DNA from: Chloroflexota bacterium
Lineage (GTDB): Bacteria; Chloroflexota; Dormibacteria; CF-121
Assembly (NCBI GenBank): GCA_005889535.1
Contig: VBHC01000115.1
Coordinates: 1,221 to 65,220 of the forward strand
Direction: 5' to 3'
Length of the DNA: 64,000 bases
Position 1 is the first letter of the stretch, and every line of letters starts with the position of its first letter. Below are positions 9,115 to 17,954 of the stretch, one piece after another. The notes beneath the pieces were generated by a model. It saw only the letters and a program-made list of their open reading frames with translations. It ran no database searches and was not told where the DNA came from. A program made the translations under genes and the position numbers.

Positions 9115-9966
9115 CTATCGAACGGTCGGCGGCTTGATAGTCACGGGGCTGTTGAAGTCGTGGAAGTTGAGAACGATCTGGTCGGTGATGGCGACGATGC
9201 CCTGATCGGATGCCCCCGGCGGCGGGGCGCTGTTGATCTCCGCGTTATGCAGGGCAATGGTGTCTCTTCGCGCCTCATCGATGCTGATCCGGCGTATCAG
9301 GTGGTCGTCAATACCGATCCACACCTCAACGTTGAAGGTTCCCTTCTGAATGGCGTCCGCAAGCGCCGGTCGCAGGCTTGGATCCACCAGAGCCGGGGTC
9401 TCCTCGGCGATCAGCCTGGCCGGATCGATTTTCATTGCGTATTGGTGGACTCGGACGCTGGCGATGGTCGTGTCTCCAAGGTCCCGGGCCGCAAGCGTGC
9501 CCCTCAGGAGCTGCAGGGTCCGGAACGGGTCAACGGGAAGCACGTTCTGCGAATTTTTCGGTTTGCTCCAAGTCGGCGTCACGGTTCCGCCGAAATCGAC
9601 GTGGACGCCATCCTGTTCGTAGATGATTCCTTGTACGGAGATGAGCTCCACCTCGGTGTGGATGTTCGGACCTAAGCGGACCGTGATCATGTAGTGAAAT
9701 CGGTCGGGGAACTCCAACTCGCCGTTCCCTGAAAGATCCAGAGTGTAGGTGTGCGGCGGCATTCCTAAGCTCGCTGGCGGCCATGGATAATCGACCGGAA
9801 AGTGATAGCTCTGAGCCCGCGTATAGTCGGCGTGGGCGGCCTTGAGGGCCGACATCGCCTGGAGCGCCACCGATATGACCTGGCCTGGGGAGTCCGCCGC
9901 ACGAAGAGGCGAGGCGCAACCGCCTAGGCAGAGAGCTGCTAGCAGCCACATCGTGGCTCGTTTCAT
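9115..9966 (-). CDS. Putative lipoprotein, function unknown
   Basis: MKRATMWLLAALCLGGCASP is a signal peptide with a lipobox (L-G-G-C). The alternative TTG start at 9975 adds 3 aa. Confidence 0.65.
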   Translation of the reverse strand: MKRATMWLLAALCLGGCASPLRAADSPGQVISVALQAMSALKAAHADYTRAQSYHFPVDYPWPPASLGMPPHTYTLDLSGNGELEFPDRFHYMITVRLGPNIHTEVELISVQGIIYEQDGVHVDFGGTVTPTWSKPKNSQNVLPVDPFRTLQLLRGTLAARDLGDTTIASVRVHQYAMKIDPARLIAEETPALVDPSLRPALADAIQKGTFNVEVWIGIDDHLIRRISIDEARRDTIALHNAEINSAPPPGASDQGIVAITDQIVLNFHDFNSPVTIKPPTVR

Positions 9967-10087
9967 TCCGGTCAATAGTCAACGCGTCGAGCGCCGATGT
10001 CTTTCTCGAAATCGCGCCGGTGTGCGTCCTCAGGGTTGGATCACGACTTCCGAGGCTCACTACCGGGCCATCGCGACAGCGTCGTAA

Positions 10088-10693
10088 TCATTTCCCGGCC
10101 CCATAGCGCGACAGTCCGTAGGACAACAATTTGAAAACGCGCTCCGCTATCTGCCTGCTTCGGTCGGGTTGCTCACGTGCTGCAGCGGCTGCTACACGGA
10201 TCGCGCCGGTGAGGGCTGCAGCCACCACCCGGGGCTCCGGATCTCCCGGACGCGCGCCGACATCCTTGGCGATGGCTTCTGCAAGCAAGTCTTCCCAGCG
10301 ATTCCAGCGTTCACGAAGCCGGTTGGCAATCGCGGGATGTGCGAGCAACCCTGAAAGTCCCGGTGCTTCGGTCGACTTTCCCTTGCGCCGCGGTTCGCGG
10401 TCCTCCAGCAGAACGGAATGGATCGCTTCGAGGATCGGTTGGCGCCGGTTGCGGGACTGGATCGCCCGTACCACCCTTTCGAGGCGTTCATCCCCGCGAC
10501 TGAGAAAGACATCCTCCTTGGTTTCGAAGTAGCTGAAGAAAGTGCGGGGGGCGACATCCGCTTGTTCAGCGATAGCCGCAATCGTGACCCCCTCGAAGCC
10601 CTTCTCACGATAGAGGCGCATGGCGGCTTCGATCAGGGCCTGACGGGTTTTTTGCTTCTTTCGTTCTCGCAGCCCTTCGTGGGCTCGCTTCAT
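10088..10693 (-). CDS. TetR/AcrR-family transcriptional regulator
   Basis: Internal ATG at 10693: MKRAHEGLRERKKQKTRQALIEAAMRLYREKGFEGVTIAAIAEQADVAPRTFFSYFETKEDV is a TetR N-terminal HTH. It is divergent from the membrane/MMPL genes. Confidence 0.9.
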   Translation of the reverse strand: MKRAHEGLRERKKQKTRQALIEAAMRLYREKGFEGVTIAAIAEQADVAPRTFFSYFETKEDVFLSRGDERLERVVRAIQSRNRRQPILEAIHSVLLEDREPRRKGKSTEAPGLSGLLAHPAIANRLRERWNRWEDLLAEAIAKDVGARPGDPEPRVVAAALTGAIRVAAAAAREQPDRSRQIAERVFKLLSYGLSRYGAGK

Positions 10694-10721
10694 CGGCAGG
10701 GTCTGAAGCGTGCTAGTATTC

Positions 10722-10749
10722 TGCACTACTGCAAGTATGCATGAATGCA
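10722..10749. promoter_or_regulatory. Candidate operator: four TGCA tetramers phased exactly 8 bp apart in the TetR/MMPL divergent region
   Basis: TGCA occurs at 10722, 10730, 10738 and 10746 (TGCACTAC TGCAAGTA TGCATGAA TGCA). The array overlaps the ATG at 10741 and contains the palindrome TGCATgaATGCA. Confidence 0.3.
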
Positions 10750-11340
10750 AGAGAGCGGCAGACTGAGGTGGGCGACCACCTTGAAGCCAATGCGCGACTG
10801 ACGGGCACGGTGGCGATTGTGCTTCTGCTGCCGCTCGCGCTCGTACTGGCGACCGGGCTCGCTGTCCACCGCTTCTTGCTGATCCATGCCCTGATTGGCT
10901 TCCTCCTGATTCCACCCGTGCTGCTCAAGCTGGGCAGCGTCGGCTATCGGTTTGTGCGCTACTACACCGGCGCCCCCCTGTATCGCGCAGCTGGGCCACC
11001 GCGGCCGGCGATGCGCCTGCTGGGTCCGGTAACGGTCGTGCTGACCCTCGTCGTGTTCGGGACCGGGGTCGAGCTCTGGCTGTTCGGCTACCGGTTCGGT
11101 TTTGCCTGGGCGCCCGTGCATCACGCCTCTTCCTATATCTGGTTCGCCGCCATGCTGGTGCATGTCATCAACTACCTTAGCGAGGCGCCTCGGCTGGCCC
11201 TTGCCGACTGGCGCGACCATTGGCGGGGCGCATCTTCGCGGCAAACCCTGGTCGCAGGCAGCCTCCTGCTGGGCATTGTCCTCGCAGCTGCAATGCTCCC
11301 GCTCCCCACACCCTTTGCGCTATCCACGGGCGGCGGCTAG
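10741..11340 (+). CDS. Hypothetical membrane protein with paired His residues in TM helices (possibly DUF4405/cytochrome-b-like)
   Basis: 199 aa with four predicted TM helices. His residues occur in LAVHRFLLIHALIGFLLIP and APVHHASSYIWFAAMLVHVINYL. The family assignment is tentative. Confidence 0.6.
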   Translation: MNARERQTEVGDHLEANARLTGTVAIVLLLPLALVLATGLAVHRFLLIHALIGFLLIPPVLLKLGSVGYRFVRYYTGAPLYRAAGPPRPAMRLLGPVTVVLTLVVFGTGVELWLFGYRFGFAWAPVHHASSYIWFAAMLVHVINYLSEAPRLALADWRDHWRGASSRQTLVAGSLLLGIVLAAAMLPLPTPFALSTGGG

Positions 11341-13616
11341 CCGAGACCACCGCCACGTTCCAGGCCATCGCACGCTTCGATATCCGGTTCCGCTGGCCGA
11401 TCGTTGCCCTCTGGATCGTTGGCACCATCGCTGCGGCGCGGACGCTGCCGAGCCTGCCCAGCGTGACCCAATCGAATAACGCTCAGTTCCTCCCCTCGAG
11501 CGCGCCGAGTCAGCATGCCGCGGCGCTCGCCACGCCGTTTCAGACCACCAACGTTGGGGCGACCGCCCTGATCATCGCGTCCAGGTCAGATGGCGCCTTG
11601 ACCGCCGCAGATGGGGACGCCATCGATCGGGTTGAGCAGGTGACGGCAGGGTTGACGGGAGTCCTTAGCGTCCACGATCAAGGGCGATCGGCGGATGGGC
11701 AGGCACGAAAGGCCCTCGTTGTTACCGCCTCGAGCGGCGGCAACGCCGGTAATCCAGACCTGGTCAACCGGATACGCAGCCTCTTTGCCGAGACGCAGCC
11801 ACCAGCCGGTCTGGGCTTCCATCTCACGGGGCCCCTGGCGCATGCGACCGACGCGGCGTCCTCGGCATCGCAGACCGGGACAAACATTCGCGTGTTCAGC
11901 GTTCTGTTCGTCATCGTGCTGCTCTTCGTGGTCTACCGCGCGGTGTTGGCGCCGCTGATTACGTTGCTGCCTGCTGTCCTTGCGCTGCTGGCGTCGGGAC
12001 CGTTGATCGCTAAGGCCAGTCAGCTTGGGCTGCCTGTATCGATCGCCACGCAAACGCTGCTCCCGGTATTACTTATCGGTGCCGGCACGGACTACGGACT
12101 GTTCCTCGTCTTCCGCGTCCGCGAGGAAATCCGTCGCGGCGCTACTCCTTCCGATGCGCTGATGAAAGCGATGACCCGGGTCGGCGTGTCGATTACCTAC
12201 TCCGCCCTGACGGTCATTGCCGCGCTGGTCTGCTTAGCCCTGGCCTCCTTTACCCTGTATCGCGGGCTTGGTCCATCGCTGGCCCTCGGCGTGGCGGTCA
12301 TGCTTGGAGCGGCACTGACGTTGCTCCCAGCACTGCTCGCGATTTTCGGCCGGGTCGCCTTCTGGCCAACCCGGCCAAGGCCGGGCCAACAGATGATGGG
12401 TGGCTGGGGACACGTGGCCGCTCGCATCGTGCACCGTCCGTTGATCGTCCTCCCAATAGGGGCGGCCCTTTTCGCCGTCATGTCGGCAGGTCTCGCCTGG
12501 TTCACCGTTGGCGGGTTCGCATCAGCGGCTCCCTCCACAAGCGATTCCGGTGCGGGCGATGCCGCGCTGGCGGCGCACTTCCCGGCATCCAACCGCAATC
12601 CCGAAGACCTCTTGCTCCGCTTCGCTGCCCCCATCTGGGACCATGCCGACAGCGTCGCCGTCGCGGATCGACTACTAGGCTCGGCAGGCGTCTTTCGATC
12701 CGTATCCGGTGCTCTTGACCCCAATGGCACGACGATTTCGGTCGATCAGCTGGTCGGCCTGCATGCGCGGTTCGGGCCGGCGTCCGCGCTCCCGCCTGCG
12801 CCGCCGGCTGGAATCTCGCTCACGCTAGCCGCCTACGAGACCTATCGGAGCACCGCGCAGTTCATCAGTGCCGACGGTCGGACCGTGCAGTTCTATGCGG
12901 TGCTCTCCGCAGGCCCGGCCGGAAGTCAGTCAGCGATCGAGGCAATTCCTGAAGTGCGCTCGACGTTGGGAAACGTCGCCGCAAGCGCCGGTGCTCAGGA
13001 TAGCGGCGTGCTCGGCCCAGACGCGGTGGCCCATGACATCAACAATTACTCGACGACCGATCTGTTTGCGATCGCCCCGGTGGTCATGGCTGCGCTTGCC
13101 GTCCTCCTTGCCTTGCTCCTGCGCAGCCTGGTTGCACCGATCTACCTCGTTGCCACCGTGGCGCTGTCCTACCTCGCCGCGCTTGGGTTTGCCGGGTTCA
13201 TCTTTATCAAGCTGGGCGGCGACTCGAGCATCAACTTTGTGATTCCGATCCTTCTCTTTATCTTTGCGATGGCCCTCGGCGAGGACTACAACATTCTGCT
13301 GATGACCCGCGTCCGCGAGGAGGCGCAGCATCAGCCGCTTGGAGATGCACTCATCCGCGCCGTTGAACACACGGGCGGAACAATCACCTCGGCCGGGCTC
13401 ATCCTCGCCGGCACCTTTACCGTTCTCGCCATCGCCGGAAACTCAGGTCAGTCGCGCCAACTCGGCTTTACGATTGCCTTTGCGATCCTGCTGGACACAT
13501 TCTTTGTCCGCACGCTCCTGGTGCCTTCGATCGCCGTGATCCTCGGCCGTTGGAACTGGTGGCCCTCTGCCCTATTCCGGGTTTCAGTAACCGGAGATCC
13601 TCATCTGAGCGATTGA
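11220..13616 (+). CDS. MMPL-family (RND superfamily) transporter; true start probably near 11340-11360
   Basis: Two MMPL-like TM bundles are present (GTDYGLFLVFRVREE...; GEDYNILLMTRVREE...). The ORF-track TTG at 11220 gives an Arg-rich extension overlapping the upstream gene by 121 nt. The MMPL-like N-terminus begins at about ...TFQAIARFDIRFRWPIVALWIVG. Confidence 0.85.
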   Translation: MAGRIFAANPGRRQPPAGHCPRSCNAPAPHTLCAIHGRRLAETTATFQAIARFDIRFRWPIVALWIVGTIAAARTLPSLPSVTQSNNAQFLPSSAPSQHAAALATPFQTTNVGATALIIASRSDGALTAADGDAIDRVEQVTAGLTGVLSVHDQGRSADGQARKALVVTASSGGNAGNPDLVNRIRSLFAETQPPAGLGFHLTGPLAHATDAASSASQTGTNIRVFSVLFVIVLLFVVYRAVLAPLITLLPAVLALLASGPLIAKASQLGLPVSIATQTLLPVLLIGAGTDYGLFLVFRVREEIRRGATPSDALMKAMTRVGVSITYSALTVIAALVCLALASFTLYRGLGPSLALGVAVMLGAALTLLPALLAIFGRVAFWPTRPRPGQQMMGGWGHVAARIVHRPLIVLPIGAALFAVMSAGLAWFTVGGFASAAPSTSDSGAGDAALAAHFPASNRNPEDLLLRFAAPIWDHADSVAVADRLLGSAGVFRSVSGALDPNGTTISVDQLVGLHARFGPASALPPAPPAGISLTLAAYETYRSTAQFISADGRTVQFYAVLSAGPAGSQSAIEAIPEVRSTLGNVAASAGAQDSGVLGPDAVAHDINNYSTTDLFAIAPVVMAALAVLLALLLRSLVAPIYLVATVALSYLAALGFAGFIFIKLGGDSSINFVIPILLFIFAMALGEDYNILLMTRVREEAQHQPLGDALIRAVEHTGGTITSAGLILAGTFTVLAIAGNSGQSRQLGFTIAFAILLDTFFVRTLLVPSIAVILGRWNWWPSALFRVSVTGDPHLSD

Positions 13617-13700
13617 CTCATCGGATTGGCTCTGGTCGAGCTCAAGGCCATGCGAGTTCGTCGCAGTAGCTATTGCCGTCCGACAGCTAGATCTGTTCCC

Positions 13701-14081
13701 CTAGCCAGTCCGCCGCTCGAGCGGAAACAACGCCCCGGCACCGATCCCAAGCATCAGCCCAAGAAGAAGGGTGGGCACCAAGATGGTCTTGCTGGGCGTC
13801 CGTGGTGAGAGGATGAGCAAGACGACCGCAAGCACGACCGCAGCGGCCACGGTTCCGGCACTTCCGAGGATGTACGCCCGACCGATCCGCCGATCGAGCT
13901 TAAGAACGGGAATGACGGCCCCCCCGATCACCCAAAGCGCGAGCACCGGCATCGCGAGCAAACCATAATATGCGAATTGGCCAGTCAATCCCTGGAGCAG
14001 CACAAATGCCGATGCACAACCAAGCGCTAAGTAGAGCGCGACCCTGCCGCCGACCTTAAACGCCGGAGTCAGGATGGACAT
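13701..14081 (-). CDS. Hypothetical small membrane protein (4 TM)
   Basis: 126 aa and strongly hydrophobic. No family recognised. Confidence 0.5.
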   Translation of the reverse strand: MSILTPAFKVGGRVALYLALGCASAFVLLQGLTGQFAYYGLLAMPVLALWVIGGAVIPVLKLDRRIGRAYILGSAGTVAAAVVLAVVLLILSPRTPSKTILVPTLLLGLMLGIGAGALFPLERRTG

Positions 14082-14138
14082 CCTTGATCAGGGTATCCAG
14101 CCGGTGGCGGTCAAACTTGCTAGCGCGGCCGACCGAGC

Positions 14139-14399
14139 TTACGGCTGACGCCCTGCGTGCCGGTGCCGGCTACCGCGCCATGAAATCACCCAGAGAGCGG
14201 AAGACGGGATTCTGAACCACTCGGTGATCCGAATAGATAACTCGGCATGCGGAGCCCTGTGCACGTCGACGCGGCTCCCTGAGCCAGGCCTCCTGGATGC
14301 GTCATCGGCCTCCGCGCTCGATCCCAACAGGCGAAACGCGACCTGCCGCATGTGCGGGAGGTTGGCCTCAAAGGGCTCGGTCAGCCATTCGTCGCCCAC
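14139..14399 (-). pseudogene. Remnant of an ECF (SigJ-like) sigma factor, region 2 only, frameshifted
   Basis: DEWLTEPFEANLPHMRQVAFRLLGSSAEADDA parallels DDWLAARFEEHRARLNALAYRMLGSRTEAEDT of the intact sigma at 15107. After a 1-nt shift at about 14292-14300 the next frame reads IQEAWLRE (compare VQDAWLRA). No region 4 follows. Confidence 0.55.
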
Positions 14400-14407
14400 G
14401 CGGCCCT

Positions 14408-14815
14408 TCAGGATTTCTCGATGTCGATGTTCCAGTTGATGCCGAATCTGTCCGTCAGCCAGCCTGAAGTGCCCCAGGGCTGATCGGTGAGCCGCATCTT
14501 CACCTGGCCGCCATCGGCCAGCCCGTCGAAGATGCCCGACAGCTGCGCGCGGTCGCTGCCGCGGATCTGCAGGCCGATGTGCTCACCGACTTTCGGCGCG
14601 TACTTGGGCTGGCCGTCGGAGGCGACGATGACGACGCCGTCCGACTCGAGCTGCGCGTACATGATGGGGTCGCCCTCAGCCGCGGGCCTGGGCCGGCCGT
14701 GCTCGTCCGCGGCGAACATCTCGAGCTTGCCGCCGAGGACTTTGTGGTAGTGCTCCATGGCTTCGCGAGCCTTGCCCTGGAAGTTGATGTACGGGGCGAG
14801 AGAGATCTTGGTCAA
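14408..14815 (-). CDS. VOC/glyoxalase-family (PhnB/YjdN-like) protein
   Basis: A TTG start at 14815 is preceded by AAGGAGAA. The sequence reads (M)TKISLAPYINFQGKAREAMEHYHKVLGGKLE...GWLTDRFGINWNI. Confidence 0.8.
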   Translation of the reverse strand: MTKISLAPYINFQGKAREAMEHYHKVLGGKLEMFAADEHGRPRPAAEGDPIMYAQLESDGVVIVASDGQPKYAPKVGEHIGLQIRGSDRAQLSGIFDGLADGGQVKMRLTDQPWGTSGWLTDRFGINWNIDIEKS

Positions 14816-15106
14816 GTCGGTTCTCCTTTGGATGGGATGTTGGGTGGCATGGTGGCCGCCTCCACTATGGATGACGGATCCCGGCGGGCGAATGTGACGG
14901 CGGCCAAAATGTCCAAGCAGCATAACCTCGTCGCTCGAGCCATTCTCCTTCCCGGATCGGTGATGATCATTGCCGGGTTTTGCATCCGCATCATGGGTCC
15001 GACGAGTTCGGCGGCTTTAGCTGTCGGAGACATAACCTCGCTCCTTTTCCGCAAGATTCGTCACATCGGCGCTCGATCGACGGTCTAATAGGTATGACCG
15101 TTCTCA

Positions 15107-15994
15107 ATGGCGGAATGTGACGTGAGTGATGATGATTGGCTGGCAGCGCGATTCGAGGAGCACCGCGCCCGCCTAAACGCCCTCGCCTACCGGATGCTCG
15201 GCTCACGAACCGAAGCTGAAGACACCGTCCAGGACGCCTGGTTGCGGGCGAGCCGCTCCGACGCGTCGGGGGTCGCGAACTTGGGCAGCTGGCTCACGAC
15301 CGTCGTCTCACGGCTCTGCCTCAATGTGCTGCAGGCGCGGCGCGCCAGGCCGGAGGTGCCATTCGATCTCGAGGCGCTGGAACCCATTGCTAGCCAAGAC
15401 GAGCGCAGCGATCCCGAACAGGAAGCCTTGCTTGCCGACTCGATTGGTTTGGCGCTCCACATTGTGCTGGATACGCTTACACCGAGCGAGCGGGTCGCCT
15501 TCGTGCTTCACGACATGTTCGAGGTTCCTTTCGAGGAGATCGCCCCCATCCTTAACCGCAGTGCCGCCGCCACTCGCCAGCTTGCTAGCCGTGCTCGGCG
15601 CAGAGTCCAGCAGGTGGACACCAGCGCGATGTCAGATCGAGCAAGGCACTACAAGATCGTCGATGCTTTCCTGGCAGCATCCAAGAATCGGGACTTCGTC
15701 GCCCTGCTCCAATATCTCGATCCTTCGGTAATCCTGCGCGCCGACCAGGCGGCGGTGGCGCTCGGCGCCGTCGAAGTCCGCGGCTCGGAGCAAGTGGCAC
15801 GATCGTTCGTCGGCAAGCTCGGTGGTGCCAAGCCGGCCATGGTCAACGGATCTTTGGGCGCGGTCTGGATTCCAGGCGGCCAGCCACGCGTGGTCTTCAC
15901 CTTCGAAGTGAGCGGCGAGCGCATCGCCGCTGTCGCGCTCATAGCCGACAAAGAGAGATTGCAGGAACTCGAATTGGACTTCGAAACCGGCTGA
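15107..15994 (+). CDS. ECF sigma factor with C-terminal SnoaL/NTF2-like extension (SigJ/ECF41-like)
   Basis: 295 aa. Region 2 reads EAEDTVQDAWLRA...WLTTVVSRLCLNVLQ. Region 4 reads ERVAFVLHDMFEVPFEEIAPILNRSAAATRQLASRARRRV. A roughly 110 aa C-terminal domain follows. Confidence 0.85.
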   Translation: MAECDVSDDDWLAARFEEHRARLNALAYRMLGSRTEAEDTVQDAWLRASRSDASGVANLGSWLTTVVSRLCLNVLQARRARPEVPFDLEALEPIASQDERSDPEQEALLADSIGLALHIVLDTLTPSERVAFVLHDMFEVPFEEIAPILNRSAAATRQLASRARRRVQQVDTSAMSDRARHYKIVDAFLAASKNRDFVALLQYLDPSVILRADQAAVALGAVEVRGSEQVARSFVGKLGGAKPAMVNGSLGAVWIPGGQPRVVFTFEVSGERIAAVALIADKERLQELELDFETG

Positions 15995-16071
15995 CACGGC
16001 AACTTCACGTTGCTCCAGCTGCCGGCGTCCGGCGGCTACCCTCGGCTCATACCGGTAACGAGGAGGATCTA

Positions 16072-16380
16072 ATGTCACACGTCGCCATCGTCGCCCGGGT
16101 TGCCGTTAAGGAAGGTAAGGCTGACGAGTACGTCGCGGCCTTCGCGCCGTTGCTCGAACAAGCAAAGAAGGAGCCTGGCACTCTCCTCTACGCCGTCCAC
16201 CGCTCCAAGGACGATCCACTGATGTTCTGGACTACCGAGGTATATGCCGACGACGCAGCGTTCGCAGCCCACAGTGCGAGCAAAGTACATGCCGCAGCCA
16301 CACCCTTGTTCACAGAATTGATCGCCCGGTCCGATGTCATGATCGGCGAGACGCTGATGGCCAAGGGCTTGGGCTCCTGA
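16072..16380 (+). CDS. Antibiotic-biosynthesis-monooxygenase (ABM) domain protein
   Basis: 102 aa. VAIVARVAVKEGKADEYVAAF...GTLLYAVHRSKDDPLMFWTTEVYADDAAFAAH is a typical ABM ferredoxin-like pattern. Confidence 0.8.
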   Translation: MSHVAIVARVAVKEGKADEYVAAFAPLLEQAKKEPGTLLYAVHRSKDDPLMFWTTEVYADDAAFAAHSASKVHAAATPLFTELIARSDVMIGETLMAKGLGS

Positions 16381-16414
16381 CTGCATGAATGCAGCTCCTG
16401 AAAAGATCGGGTTA

Positions 16415-17068
16415 TCAGTGACTGAGCGGTGTTAGCTGTATCTGCTTCGCAAGCCTGTACGCCGTCGGAAGATCATTGGCGCTCTCGACTAATACACGAC
16501 CGATAACGAGCACCGAATTGTTCAGCGAAGAAATCAGTGTCATTCCCTGCGCCACGGTTCCTTTCCAGCCCGGCCCGCTAATCAGATACTCGCCAGCCTC
16601 GGTTCCTGTGCAGCGTTTGCCGACGTAGGCAAAATCCGTGCCGTCCGACGGATCAGTCAACTGGACGCTGTAGTAACGGCCTGCCATGTCCGGAACGTGC
16701 AAGACTTGAGGGCCTTTGGAGAGGTCGAGCCACCCGCCAATGTAGAGCACCTCGTCGGTCCCTGTTGCGAGTAAGCTGGAGGTCGGCGCCGAGGGCGACG
16801 CGAGCTTGGGCACCGCGTACAGTGTATTGACGGGGATTGGGTCGCCGCCGAGGCCATGCTGTACTGCTCTCTTGAAGGCACTGTACGTGAGACGCGGCCA
16901 GAAATAAATGAAAACGAACGTGCCGAGTCCCCATACGAGGCCTGCCACGACGGCGAACGGAATGAGCTCGCTCCTCCGCACAGAGAACTCCCTATAGACG
17001 ACCCATGCGAGGACCGCCAATATGGCGAACGTAATGGGATACGCGTACTTCAGAATCAACCGGTTCAT
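16415..17068 (-). CDS. DUF1254-domain membrane-anchored protein
   Basis: N-terminal TM helices are followed by VPDMAGRYYSVQLTDPSDGTDFAYVGKRCTG...YLISGPGWKG, which is DUF1254-like. Confidence 0.7.
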   Translation of the reverse strand: MNRLILKYAYPITFAILAVLAWVVYREFSVRRSELIPFAVVAGLVWGLGTFVFIYFWPRLTYSAFKRAVQHGLGGDPIPVNTLYAVPKLASPSAPTSSLLATGTDEVLYIGGWLDLSKGPQVLHVPDMAGRYYSVQLTDPSDGTDFAYVGKRCTGTEAGEYLISGPGWKGTVAQGMTLISSLNNSVLVIGRVLVESANDLPTAYRLAKQIQLTPLSH

Positions 17069-17069
17069 A

Positions 17070-17672
17070 TCAGTGCCGTTTCATGACTGGCGGCACGTGG
17101 TATTCGCCGTCAAGGACAGCGCGGCCGGGCAGATAGGCGCGCAGCATCAGCTTGAAATTGCCTGCCGGTGCCGGCAGCCAATTGGAGTCGTGCCCTGCAG
17201 GCGCCGTGCGCTGAATATTGATATCGATTGAGCCATCGGCGTTCGACACGAGGCCGGAGCGACCGCCGACGCTGTAGCGATCGATTGGGTTAGGCACCAT
17301 GTAACCTACGACATCGGTCATTGCCAGCGACCAGAATGCATCGTTGGGCGGGAGTTGTCCTGCAGGAAAATGCAGGACGTACTGGTGCTGGCCGTTCAGC
17401 CTCCGCCCGGCGCCGTCGACGACCGTTGTCCAGTACGCAGCCTCTTGCGCCACATTGGTGCCGGGCAGGATTTTGGCGCATCCGGCCCGTAGGAGGATGC
17501 CATTGCCAGGCTGTCCGCATTTCAAGATGGTGCTCCAACCGTTGACGGTCGTTGACATGGCTTTCACCGCAGCGTTCATCAGGATATTTGCGGTGAGAAA
17601 CGCCAGCACGCCGCCGACAATGATTGGTTGCACGAGGTGAGAGACCGAGAGCATTGTGAGGAAACTTGTCAT
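17070..17672 (-). CDS. DUF1214-domain membrane-anchored protein
   Basis: An N-terminal TM helix is followed by YVLHFPAGQLPPNDAFWSLAMTD...NWLPAPAGNFKLMLRAYLP, which is DUF1214-like. Its stop lies 1 nt before the DUF1254 ATG. Confidence 0.7.
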   Translation of the reverse strand: MTSFLTMLSVSHLVQPIIVGGVLAFLTANILMNAAVKAMSTTVNGWSTILKCGQPGNGILLRAGCAKILPGTNVAQEAAYWTTVVDGAGRRLNGQHQYVLHFPAGQLPPNDAFWSLAMTDVVGYMVPNPIDRYSVGGRSGLVSNADGSIDINIQRTAPAGHDSNWLPAPAGNFKLMLRAYLPGRAVLDGEYHVPPVMKRH

Positions 17673-17804
17673 ACCTTAGCTCTCAGGCGCGTAATCGCGA
17701 TGTTGAGCTCTGCCAGGTAGGCGTTTACGTCGCAGATTTTGACCCAACCACGCCGTAACGACAGGCAGGTCGGGGACCTGCTCTGGCGTTCAAGCTCAAC
17801 AATG

Positions 17805-17877
17805 AGCGGGAGACGGGACTCGAACCCGCGACCACCTACTTGGAAGGCAGGCGCTCTACCAGCTGAGCTACTCCCGC
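17805..17877 (-). tRNA. tRNA-Gly (anticodon UCC)
   Basis: Manual cloverleaf: GCGGGAG-TA-GCTC-AGCTGGTA-GAGC-G-CCTGC-CTTCCAA-GTAGG-TGGTC-GCGGG-TTCGAGT-CCCGT-CTCCCGC-T. The anticodon loop is CT-TCC-AA. CCA is not encoded. Confidence 0.85.
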
Positions 17878-17954
17878 GTCGGGCCGTATTCTATCCCGCT
17901 ATCGCCCAATACCCCACCCTGCCCTCGCCCTAGCTAGGGAGGGGACAACCGAGC

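Noticed and set aside
10738-10749. The 12-mer tgcatgaatgca occurs twice (10738 and 16382), suggesting a shared regulatory motif or repeat
   Set aside because: In 64 kb on the order of a hundred chance 12-mer pair matches are expected (about 2e9 position pairs over 1.7e7 possible 12-mers). The flanks do not match. The local TGCA phasing at 10722-10749 is reported separately.
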